Source: an uncultured virus (IMG/VR IMGVR_UViG_3300030389_002325) (Duplodnaviria > Heunggongvirae > Uroviricota > Caudoviricetes > Crassvirales). From it: a stretch of 20,000 nt of DNA. The notes under the pieces are model-generated. The model did no database searches. It was not told where the DNA came from and saw nothing but the letters and a program-made list of their open reading frames with translations. The stretch lies in IMG/VR virus record IMGVR_UViG_3300030389_002325; one strand, 5' to 3'. Of the stretch, positions 9,064 through 15,335 are shown one piece after another (position 1 is the first letter of the stretch; every line of letters begins with the position of its first letter). Position numbers and translations under genes: made by a program.

Positions 9064-9184
9064 CTTTTATATTAGGATAATTTTCTTCTTCTTGTTTTTT
9101 ACCATTGTATACTATATTCCATATAAGAAATGTTAAATATATGCTAAAAATAACAAAACCTACACCAAAAAATAAATAACTCAT
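9041..9184 (-). CDS. Small single-pass membrane protein (47 aa)
   Basis: Hand translation MSYLFFGVGFVIFSIYLTFLIWNIVYNGKKQEEENYP...*. ATGA overlap with the upstream ORF. Confidence 0.65.
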   Translation of the reverse strand: MSYLFFGVGFVIFSIYLTFLIWNIVYNGKKQEEENYPNIKDDVRKNS

Positions 9185-9423
9185 GATTTATTTATTTGAT
9201 GCATTGCTATACTAAATAATAATATTGTACCTGGCCAATGTGCTGAGTACTGTGCTTCTTCTGTATAACCTAATAAACCTAAGCTAACAGAGTATAATAA
9301 GCATACAAAAGCTATGCCTATAGGGTAATATTTATTTATTAATTTCATTTTATTTGTTTTTTGTTCATAAGCTGCAGGCGATGGTAAGCCTGAGTAATGA
9401 CAGTGTTTATCTTTATTCTTCAT
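9181..9423 (-). CDS. Small membrane protein with two hydrophobic segments and N-terminal CHYSGLPS motif
   Basis: ORF track. Hydrophobic segments PIGIAFVCLLYSVSLGLL and WPGTILLFSIAM. Confidence 0.7.
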   Translation of the reverse strand: MKNKDKHCHYSGLPSPAAYEQKTNKMKLINKYYPIGIAFVCLLYSVSLGLLGYTEEAQYSAHWPGTILLFSIAMHQINKS

Positions 9424-9499
9424 ATTTATCTAATAACATATGAGCAACTTCTATGCTTATCATATTATCATTGTATAATTGCCATATTAATTTTCTCAT
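9413..9499 (-). CDS. Micro-ORF (28 aa)
   Basis: MRKLIWQLYNDNMISIEVAHMLLDKYEE*. ATGA-coupled upstream and overlapping the downstream start. Confidence 0.55.
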   Translation of the reverse strand: MRKLIWQLYNDNMISIEVAHMLLDKYEE

Positions 9500-9666
9500 T
9501 GTATTATTCCTTGTTTTAATAAGTCTTGTGCTGTTCTACCAAACCAGCCTTGCAGTTTATATGCAAGACCAGTATCGTGTAAGTGTTGCCAAGCATCTAT
9601 TACTTGTTCTTCTGATTCAGCTGATATAAAACCTTCAGCTAGACCTACTGCTTCGTAATTATTCAT
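9496..9666 (-). CDS. Small conserved-looking phage protein (56 aa)
   Basis: MNNYEAVGLAEGF...AWQHLHDTGLAYKLQGWFGRTAQDLLKQGIIQ*. The AWQ.L.DTG...LQGW.GR.A pattern resembles a widespread small phage family. Overlaps the ligase stop. Confidence 0.75.
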   Translation of the reverse strand: MNNYEAVGLAEGFISAESEEQVIDAWQHLHDTGLAYKLQGWFGRTAQDLLKQGIIQ

Positions 9667-10495
9667 AATTTCTTAAACATTTATAATGTGGATGTCTGTA
9701 ACTTCCAGCTTTTGTACGCTCGAAGTATGTAAATGTAGCTGTTTGACCTATGTATTGATCTGCATTTTCTAGCATTTTAGCAAGAGCATCGTAGTCATAA
9801 CCTTTACCAGGTGGACAACCAAACTCAATACCTTCATCATCTTGCATAATAAATTTACCTAGTGTACCTGTTCTTTTGCCTTTACCTGGTACAAAGTCTA
9901 CAATAGTAGCTTCTGCATCGTGAAAGTCTTTAAATTTCATAAGATCCCATGATCTAGTGCCTTTGTATCTACCTTCAAATGTTCTGTATATAGAACCTTC
10001 ATAACCTAGTTTAAGGTTTTTTTTGTGCATTTTAATAGCTTCATCAAAGTCTAATGCAACTTGAGTATTAACTTTACATATAGGATATGTATAAGTTAAG
10101 TCCTGAATAAAGTTAAACCTTAGAGAATAAGGAGCTATTGTCATGCTTGCTACATCGTAAACATGGTATTGTACTAGCTCAGCTGCTTCAGCTTTATCAT
10201 TATCAGTTGGCTTTTTCTTTTTGACTAATGAAATAATCTTTTCAAAGTCATCTTTTAGTCCGTGATTATACAACTCGCCGTCAAGTATGGCTGTAGGATT
10301 TTTTGCAAAGAACGGCTTTAAAGCTTGTTCTATGTGGTCTACGTTCATGAACTGGTTATTAGCGCGAGAGAACGCGCCTTTGGCAGTAAATAAACAGCGT
10401 ACGCCATCTAGTTTTGGTTGTATAAATGCAGGATAGTGTGCTTTGTCCTCATTATATTTATGAGCAAGCATTGCTTTAATATCTTCCACTTCCAT
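9659..10495 (-). CDS. ATP-dependent DNA ligase
   Basis: Motif I QPKLDGVR, III LDGELY, IIIa YHVYD, IV EGSIYR, V LMKFK and VI YRHP. Confidence 0.95.
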   Translation of the reverse strand: MEVEDIKAMLAHKYNEDKAHYPAFIQPKLDGVRCLFTAKGAFSRANNQFMNVDHIEQALKPFFAKNPTAILDGELYNHGLKDDFEKIISLVKKKKPTDNDKAEAAELVQYHVYDVASMTIAPYSLRFNFIQDLTYTYPICKVNTQVALDFDEAIKMHKKNLKLGYEGSIYRTFEGRYKGTRSWDLMKFKDFHDAEATIVDFVPGKGKRTGTLGKFIMQDDEGIEFGCPPGKGYDYDALAKMLENADQYIGQTATFTYFERTKAGSYRHPHYKCLRNYE

Positions 10496-10796
10496 TATTT
10501 AGTTTATTATTTATTTTATCTATTTTTTTGAGTATCATTGCTGCTTTTTCATATTCTTCTTTGTCTTCAAATATCATCATAATAGTTTGCAGTCTTGCTA
10601 ATTCACCAACAAGTCTTTCTTCGTGATTTAAGCCTAACTCATCTTTGTATTTTTCTGCTGTTTTAGCTGATATAGTATAGCCTTCATTATACAGTTTTTG
10701 TATTTGCTCTGCATATTCTATATCTGATTGTTCTTGCTTTTCCATTATTTTATCAAATAATAGTTGAGCTAATTTTTCGATTTCGTCTTCCTTCAT
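10476..10796 (-). CDS. Hypothetical protein with C-terminal UVR (UvrB/C)-like motif
   Basis: FEDKEEYEKAAMILKKI resembles the UVR motif E.YE.AA.....I. Confidence 0.65.
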   Translation of the reverse strand: MKEDEIEKLAQLLFDKIMEKQEQSDIEYAEQIQKLYNEGYTISAKTAEKYKDELGLNHEERLVGELARLQTIMMIFEDKEEYEKAAMILKKIDKINNKLNNGSGRY

Positions 10797-10801
10797 AATT
10801 A

Positions 10802-10833
10802 TATTATCCGTTAGTTATCGTATTTAGTTTGTA
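10802..10833 (-). promoter_or_regulatory. 32-bp early motif, copy 1 (putative promoter)
   Basis: TACAAACTAAATACGA-TAACTAAC-GGATAATA, 5 nt upstream of ATG 10796. Confidence 0.8.
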
Positions 10834-10836
10834 ATT

Positions 10837-10910
10837 ATACCACGAAAAGCCCGTACCGTCACCTGTGGACAACTCAAAGGATGTCGAAGGGAAAGCACGA
10901 GCCAACGCGG
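10837..10910 (-). ncRNA. Structured RNA element A (processing site or terminator-like)
   Basis: Stems CCGCG/CGTGG, GGCTCGTGC/GTACGGGCT and GACA/TGTC. Its 3' 21 nt match element B at 20 of 21 positions. Confidence 0.55.
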
Positions 10911-10928
10911 AAACTAAACTACTATTAA

Positions 10929-11378
10929 CTAACTAACAGTCTGATTAATTTCTTCTGATTCAGTAAATTCTTCTTTTAGCCATAGTATTTCTGCCATGTC
11001 AAAGCCGTAATTACCTTCATCATTTGTAATATTATCATATATTTTATCTGCTACTTCTGAAAATTCTTCTAATAACATATCATCGAAGTATATATCATCT
11101 AAGAAATATTGATCTGCATATAGTGTACAATATCCGTTAGAGTATCTTATCATTTCCATAATAGCTTCAGCTACATCAGAGTCATAATAGTATACATCTT
11201 CAGATACACATATACTTCTAATATCGTGAGTTACAACATACACAGAATAACCATCTACAGTTGTTTCTTCAAATGCATATACATCTGCATTATTATAAGC
11301 ATTTTCATCTACTTTTAAGCCATAATAACTTTTTACAGCTTCTATTATTTTTTCGTCAGTTGGTTGTTTACTTTCCAT
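10929..11378 (-). CDS. Acidic hypothetical protein (149 aa)
   Basis: ORF track. Strongly D/E- and Y-rich. Confidence 0.8.
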   Translation of the reverse strand: MESKQPTDEKIIEAVKSYYGLKVDENAYNNADVYAFEETTVDGYSVYVVTHDIRSICVSEDVYYYDSDVAEAIMEMIRYSNGYCTLYADQYFLDDIYFDDMLLEEFSEVADKIYDNITNDEGNYGFDMAEILWLKEEFTESEEINQTVS

Positions 11379-11727
11379 TAGTTTTATTTATTTGTTTAAT
11401 AGTATATAACACAAGTCTTTTTAGCCTTTCAGTTCTTGAATATATAAGCATTCTATTATTGTGTTGACCTTCATGTAATCTTCCATCACTTGTTATTATT
11501 TTGTAAGGAGATTTATATACTGGATTTAGTTGATAACAAGTATGATACTTGTATTCTGGTCTACTAGACATTAAATATTTTCTGATATAACCTGAGCTAA
11601 ATTCAGCTACATTATCACCTGTAGGTAATTCAAACATAGTTGTACCGTTCATTTTTTGCCTGTTAGTAGTTACATTTTTAACACCTAATGCTTTTAATGT
11701 GTCAATTGCTAGTTGTTCTTCGTTCAT
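11368..11727 (-). CDS. Hypothetical protein (119 aa)
   Basis: ORF track. Tight operon packing. Confidence 0.75.
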   Translation of the reverse strand: MNEEQLAIDTLKALGVKNVTTNRQKMNGTTMFELPTGDNVAEFSSGYIRKYLMSSRPEYKYHTCYQLNPVYKSPYKIITSDGRLHEGQHNNRMLIYSRTERLKRLVLYTIKQINKTNGK

Positions 11728-11728
11728 T

Positions 11729-11950
11729 TTATTTATTTATAAGCCAGTCACCCCATATTAACTCAGCTTGAGTAAGGTCGTGATACCATACATCGCCAAA
11801 TGTACATATAGACCTTATCTCGTCAATAGTTAACTCAGAGTACCGGTGTTTGGTTTTAATTGTATCAATTAGCCAATTTACAGATGGATATTTTTCAATA
11901 TTATCTTGCATTTTAGCTTTGATATGTGGTTTTAATTTATCGTATAACAT
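11729..11950 (-). CDS. Hypothetical protein (73 aa)
   Basis: ORF track. 1-nt gap to the next start. Confidence 0.75.
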   Translation of the reverse strand: MLYDKLKPHIKAKMQDNIEKYPSVNWLIDTIKTKHRYSELTIDEIRSICTFGDVWYHDLTQAELIWGDWLINK

Positions 11951-11952
11951 AT

Positions 11953-12033
11953 TTAATCTATTGTATTTGCAAATATTAACACTAATATAGAAGCGACTAC
12001 AATAAATGTTAATAATATAATGTTATTATCCAT
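11953..12033 (-). CDS. Possible hydrophobic micro-peptide (26 aa)
   Basis: MDNNIILLTFIVVASILVLIFANTID*. Ends 2 nt before the next ATG, and its start lies inside motif copy 2. Confidence 0.4.
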   Translation of the reverse strand: MDNNIILLTFIVVASILVLIFANTID

Positions 12034-12055
12034 TAGTGTTCGTATTTAGTTTGTA
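12024..12055 (-). promoter_or_regulatory. 32-bp early motif, copy 2
   Basis: TACAAACTAAATACGA-ACACTAAT-GGATAATA. Confidence 0.8.
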
Positions 12056-12056
12056 A

Positions 12057-12392
12057 TTATTTTAATTTTTCTAATAGTTTATGCATTATTTTACCATGTT
12101 GCTCATGATAAAACTCAAACCATTGGTCTTCAAATAGTTCTATACCTGCTTCAGTTAAGTAATTATCTGATTGAAACAGAAAATTATTACCCATTTCAGT
12201 ATTAACTGCTTCAAATATAGCGTCAAATATTTCAGGTTGTAGTGTTTCTACAATTTGGTCAACAGCTTTATCTACATCTTCATGTTCAAAAGGGTTTGAC
12301 CATGTTGTAAATTTTTGATTACCTACCTTTTGTTTAGCTACATAATACTCTTTTGACTGTCTTATTTCGTCCATAGTTCTAGACTTTGCCAT
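12057..12392 (-). CDS. Hypothetical protein (111 aa)
   Basis: ORF track. Confidence 0.75.
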   Translation of the reverse strand: MAKSRTMDEIRQSKEYYVAKQKVGNQKFTTWSNPFEHEDVDKAVDQIVETLQPEIFDAIFEAVNTEMGNNFLFQSDNYLTEAGIELFEDQWFEFYHEQHGKIMHKLLEKLK

Positions 12393-12549
12393 TTTTTTTA
12401 GATTTTGTTTGATTATACGCCTTTTTTAACTCGGCGATTTGAGTTTGACACTTTCTTATTTGTTCTTTATTACCTCTTTCTTGATAGAATTGTGTCCAAG
12501 AATACAAGTTTTGTAGTTGTTTGGTAATTGTTTGTTGTTGTTTACTCAT
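12379..12549 (-). CDS. Hypothetical protein (56 aa)
   Basis: Hand translation MSKQQQTITKQLQNLYSWTQFYQERGNKEQIRKCQ...KNGKV*. Its ATG begins in the last bases of element B. Confidence 0.65.
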   Translation of the reverse strand: MSKQQQTITKQLQNLYSWTQFYQERGNKEQIRKCQTQIAELKKAYNQTKSKKNGKV

Positions 12550-12645
12550 ACCACGAAAAGCCCATACCCTGCAGAGTATGAGCTAGTGCGAGCGATGTCT
12601 TAAGCTTCTCGCGATAGTTGCAACATGTGACTAACACTATCCGTG
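12548..12645 (-). ncRNA. Structured RNA element B (multi-hairpin)
   Basis: Stems GATAGT/ACTATC, GCGAG/CTCGC and AGCTCATACTC/GGGTATGGGCT, with possible closing CACG/CGTG. The 3' 21-mer is shared with element A. Confidence 0.55.
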
Positions 12646-12651
12646 TTTTAC

Positions 12652-12864
12652 TTACCTTAAATAAGTACCATAACCGCGTCTTCGGGTGAGTTTTGCGATA
12701 GTATCAGCATCTTGTCTTGATAGTATTTGTATGTTGTTACCTGTTTTATGATTGATAATATCAACACACCCGTATTTTTCTGCCGTACTACAACCGACGC
12801 AGGTGTTGTAGCCATATTTAATTCTTACTGGATGTACTTCTTGAGTACCGCATTTACATATCAT
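12652..12864 (-). CDS. Small C4 zinc-finger protein
   Basis: CKCG...PVR...GYNTCVGCS. Spacing resembles DksA/TraR-type C4 fingers. Confidence 0.7.
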   Translation of the reverse strand: MICKCGTQEVHPVRIKYGYNTCVGCSTAEKYGCVDIINHKTGNNIQILSRQDADTIAKLTRRRGYGTYLR

Positions 12865-12881
12865 ATTTAATTATTTATATA

Positions 12882-12913
12882 TATTATCCGTAAGCAATCG
12901 TATTTAGTCTGTA
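12882..12913 (-). promoter_or_regulatory. 32-bp early motif, copy 3
   Basis: TACAGACTAAATACGA-TTGCTTAC-GGATAATA. Contains the stop codon of the upstream ORF. Confidence 0.8.
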
Positions 12914-13047
12914 ATAAATGTTAAGCCTTTGTAGTTAAACCATGAGTTTTTTTCAAATGGTACATCATTAATAGTGTAACCTCTATATAGTTTTCCGTCT
13001 AGTTTAATAAGTGACCTGTCACTTGGGTAAAATTTAATTGTTTTCAT
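12904..13047 (-). CDS. Hypothetical protein (47 aa)
   Basis: Hand translation MKTIKFYPSDRSLIKLDGKLYRGY...WFNYKGLTFITD*. Confidence 0.65.
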   Translation of the reverse strand: MKTIKFYPSDRSLIKLDGKLYRGYTINDVPFEKNSWFNYKGLTFITD

Positions 13048-13201
13048 TGAATTTATTTATTATTTTTCTTATTCTTGCTCCTAATTCTTGGTCGTTTGGT
13101 ATAGTTTTAACATGCTCTTGTATCATTAAGAACATCACTGCTTTTAATGTTTTAGCGTCTTCCATTTCATGTTTAGTTAATATATCATTTACTTCTGTCA
13201 T
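13034..13201 (-). CDS. Hypothetical protein (55 aa) with PNDxxLGxxIR motif
   Basis: Hand translation MTEVNDILTK...IPNDQELGARIRKIINKFNENN*. ATGA-coupled. Confidence 0.7.
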   Translation of the reverse strand: MTEVNDILTKHEMEDAKTLKAVMFLMIQEHVKTIPNDQELGARIRKIINKFNENN

Positions 13202-13368
13202 TTTATTAATCTGTTAATTACTTTAGTTATTAGTTTGTCTGCATCTTCAACATACTTGTCATCAGTTTCAGTGTAACCTAGTTCTTCAAACATATAGTAG
13301 TCTAGCTCATTATAAAGTACTGTGACTAGTCGATCACATACTTTATCTATTACTTCATCTTCAGTCAT
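13198..13368 (-). CDS. Acidic hypothetical protein (56 aa)
   Basis: ORF-track 13198..13410 trimmed to MTEDEVIDK, whose ATG overlaps the lipoprotein stop (ATGACTGA). Confidence 0.7.
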   Translation of the reverse strand: MTEDEVIDKVCDRLVTVLYNELDYYMFEELGYTETDDKYVEDADKLITKVINRLIK

Positions 13369-13516
13369 AAGCTGGACAAATATGTGGGTTAATACCATAG
13401 TGACCTGCATTATTGTTCACTAATTTAGTTGTATTACACGATGTAGCGAGCGCTATTAGCGCAGTGATTAGTATAATATTTATACTTGCGATTAGTAATT
13501 CTTTATTTAGTTTCAT
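13361..13516 (-). CDS. Small lipoprotein (51 aa)
   Basis: MKLNKELLIASINIILITALIALATS-CNTTKLVNNNAGHYGINPHICPAYD*. Basic n-region, hydrophobic h-region, lipobox-like ATS-C and a C-terminal CPAY. Confidence 0.75.
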   Translation of the reverse strand: MKLNKELLIASINIILITALIALATSCNTTKLVNNNAGHYGINPHICPAYD

Positions 13517-13757
13517 ATTTATTTATTTTATTGAATAATTCGTCTATTTCTTGTTTGTTGAAAGTAGAATAGACCTCATCTACTTTGTTTTGTACATATT
13601 CGTACGTAAATTCTTTGTCACTTACGCCATAAAATGAAGTGATTAAATCTCTTGAGTTCCAGCCATACTCTGACTTGTGACAGTTAAATATTTGTAGTTT
13701 TTTACCACCATCTGGATATATTATTGCTGTTAAGTTATCTGTTTGTATATATTTCAT
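13503..13757 (-). CDS. Hypothetical protein (84 aa)
   Basis: ORF track. ATGA-coupled. Confidence 0.75.
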   Translation of the reverse strand: MKYIQTDNLTAIIYPDGGKKLQIFNCHKSEYGWNSRDLITSFYGVSDKEFTYEYVQNKVDEVYSTFNKQEIDELFNKINKYETK

Positions 13758-13939
13758 AGTTCGTTAGTTAAATCGTAAATAGTTTTGTCAGTGTGAAACA
13801 TATATTCTACTTCATTTAGATTATAACCGAGTTGTACTCCGACAAACTCATCAAGTTCCATTTCATATTTTTCATAGTTTACATTATGGTATTGATGTAC
13901 TTCACCACTACCAAAGTCTAATACAGTTAGTGTTTGCAT
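13754..13939 (-). CDS. Acidic hypothetical protein (61 aa)
   Basis: ORF track. First gene after motif copy 4. Confidence 0.75.
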   Translation of the reverse strand: MQTLTVLDFGSGEVHQYHNVNYEKYEMELDEFVGVQLGYNLNEVEYMFHTDKTIYDLTNEL

Positions 13940-13955
13940 ATTTATTTATTTATAT

Positions 13956-13987
13956 TATTATCCAATTAGTATCGTATTTAGTTTGTA
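13956..13987 (-). promoter_or_regulatory. 32-bp early motif, copy 4
   Basis: TACAAACTAAATACGA-TACTAATT-GGATAATA. Confidence 0.8.
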
Positions 13988-13990
13988 ATA

Positions 13991-14137
13991 TTATTTCCAT
14001 TTTGGAGTTAACCACTTTGGGTTATTTACCATTTCATCATGACACCATTGCTTTTCATTTTCACCTAAATATTCATAGTGAGTATCAAATTCAGATAAAG
14101 CTATTTTGTCTATTGTAGTATTTATATTTTTAGTCAT
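13991..14137 (-). CDS. Hypothetical protein (48 aa)
   Basis: Hand translation MTKNINTTIDKIALSEFDTHYEYLGENEKQWCHDEM...WK*. ATGA-coupled. Confidence 0.65.
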   Translation of the reverse strand: MTKNINTTIDKIALSEFDTHYEYLGENEKQWCHDEMVNNPKWLTPKWK

Positions 14138-14334
14138 AGTATTTGATTTAGTATTTCGTAAACATCATTTTGTTGAGTTTTAGTTAATGACATAAAAACA
14201 CCATTAGCTTCACCTGGATAATCGAGTACGTGATTAGTACATTGTTGAGTGAGCTCAGCTTGATTTATTGTTTTAGCCATTTCGTCAAAAGCTTTTGACC
14301 ATGACCAATTTGAAGGATTATTAGTATTATACAT
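14134..14334 (-). CDS. Hypothetical protein (66 aa)
   Basis: ORF track. First gene after motif copy 5. Confidence 0.75.
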   Translation of the reverse strand: MYNTNNPSNWSWSKAFDEMAKTINQAELTQQCTNHVLDYPGEANGVFMSLTKTQQNDVYEILNQIL

Positions 14335-14360
14335 AGTTATTTAATTTAATTAGTTTATAT

Positions 14361-14392
14361 TATTATCCGACACTTGTCGTAATTAGTTTGTA
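14361..14392 (-). promoter_or_regulatory. 32-bp early motif, copy 5
   Basis: TACAAACTAATTACGA-CAAGTGTC-GGATAATA. Confidence 0.8.
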
Positions 14393-14508
14393 GCCCGGAG
14401 AGGAATCGAACCTCTCGTCCAACCATTCAGGCTATGTGTAGTCATATGTTCGTATTATTTTCTAACTCGCTAAAGTATGACTATCAACTACGAGTCGAGC
14501 TTAAGCTC
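14391..14508 (-). ncRNA. Element C: putative H-type pseudoknot plus tRNA-like minihelix (acceptor stem and T-arm only)
   Basis: TAGCCTG-AATGGTTGGAC-GAGAGG-TTCGATT-CCTCTC-CGGGCTA, preceded by interleaved pairings GACTCGT/GCGAGTT and TAGTCATA/TATGACTA. Confidence 0.6.
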
Positions 14509-14511
14509 ACT

Positions 14512-14748
14512 TTATTTTATTTCAGCTAAATCTCTACAGAATTTTGGAACTGTATTTGAATTAGTGTATGATTTGTATTGTTGAAAACATGGCATAGTTT
14601 CAAACTTTTCTTGAAATATTGAATAAATTTCATCATGGTCATAAGTAAATGTAACATTTTTATTATTAGTGAAAGTTATTACAGTATTTGTACCTAAAAG
14701 TGACTTTCTGATTACAAATCTTTTTGTTGTTAGTTTATTAGTTTTCAT
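14512..14748 (-). CDS. Hypothetical protein (78 aa)
   Basis: ORF track. Downstream of motif copy 6. Confidence 0.75.
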   Translation of the reverse strand: MKTNKLTTKRFVIRKSLLGTNTVITFTNNKNVTFTYDHDEIYSIFQEKFETMPCFQQYKSYTNSNTVPKFCRDLAEIK

Positions 14749-14791
14749 ATTTATTTTATTTTATTTATTATTAATTTAGTTTAGTTTATTA

Positions 14792-14823
14792 TATTATCTT
14801 AATTAGTTCGTATTTAGTTTGTA
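14792..14823 (-). promoter_or_regulatory. 32-bp early motif, copy 6
   Basis: TACAAACTAAATACGA-ACTAATTA-AGATAATA. Confidence 0.8.
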
Positions 14824-14960
14824 CATTTTTCAATGTTTAGTATATTTTCTTTATTATAAAATTTATATACTTTTTCCATTTTATTTACATTAAGATATTT
14901 TATGTAATTTGTTGGAATTCCATTTTTATTCCAAGTAGTTTTTAAAGTTATTTTAAACAT
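14814..14960 (-). CDS. Hypothetical protein (48 aa)
   Basis: Hand translation MFKITLKTTWNKNGIPTNYIK...IEKCTN*. Lies between motif copies 7 and 6. Confidence 0.55.
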   Translation of the reverse strand: MFKITLKTTWNKNGIPTNYIKYLNVNKMEKVYKFYNKENILNIEKCTN

Positions 14961-14986
14961 AGTTTTATTTTTTAATTAGTTTATAT

Positions 14987-15018
14987 TATTATCTTTTTAG
15001 TTTCGTTTTTAGTTTGTA
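14987..15018 (-). promoter_or_regulatory. 32-bp early motif, copy 7
   Basis: TACAAACTAAAAACGA-AACTAAAA-AGATAATA. Confidence 0.75.
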
Positions 15019-15065
15019 AAAGTGTAAGTTTGTTTATTAGTTAAAATTAGTTAGTATGTTTTATA

Positions 15066-15311
15066 CTATATTTCTAAGTTAGTAAATTGTTTTTTATTAA
15101 TTAGTAAATAAGATTCATCAGATATTGGACAGAGATGATGAGAAAATTCTATATTTAGTTTAATTAATTCAGAAGCAATTTGAGTGAGTGGGTGAATATA
15201 AGAATATGATATTAAATATTGTTGAGGTGAATCATGTAAATCTATGTAGTCATCATTGTCAATTAGAAATTCGTAGTTGTCATTTAGTATTTTGATTTTA
15301 TTTATATCCAT
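15066..15311 (-). CDS. Hypothetical protein (81 aa)
   Basis: ORF track. First gene of the leftward arm. Confidence 0.7.
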   Translation of the reverse strand: MDINKIKILNDNYEFLIDNDDYIDLHDSPQQYLISYSYIHPLTQIASELIKLNIEFSHHLCPISDESYLLINKKQFTNLEI

Positions 15312-15335
15312 TTTATAAGTTTTATTATTTATATA

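Noticed and set aside
14380..14416. preQ1-I riboswitch (AGAGGTTC...CCTCT)
   Set aside because: The loop is a 7-nt T-loop and the required A-rich tail is replaced by CCGGGCT, which pairs upstream.
14391..14470. Complete canonical tRNA or tmRNA gene
   Set aside because: No D arm or anticodon arm can be built, there is no encoded CCA, no G3-U70 pair and no tag reading frame.
14439..14508. Pistol or hammerhead ribozyme
   Set aside because: ACTCGT/GCGAGT followed by an A-rich run superficially recalls pistol P1, but the downstream conserved elements are not in the right order and there is no CUGANGA/GAAA core.
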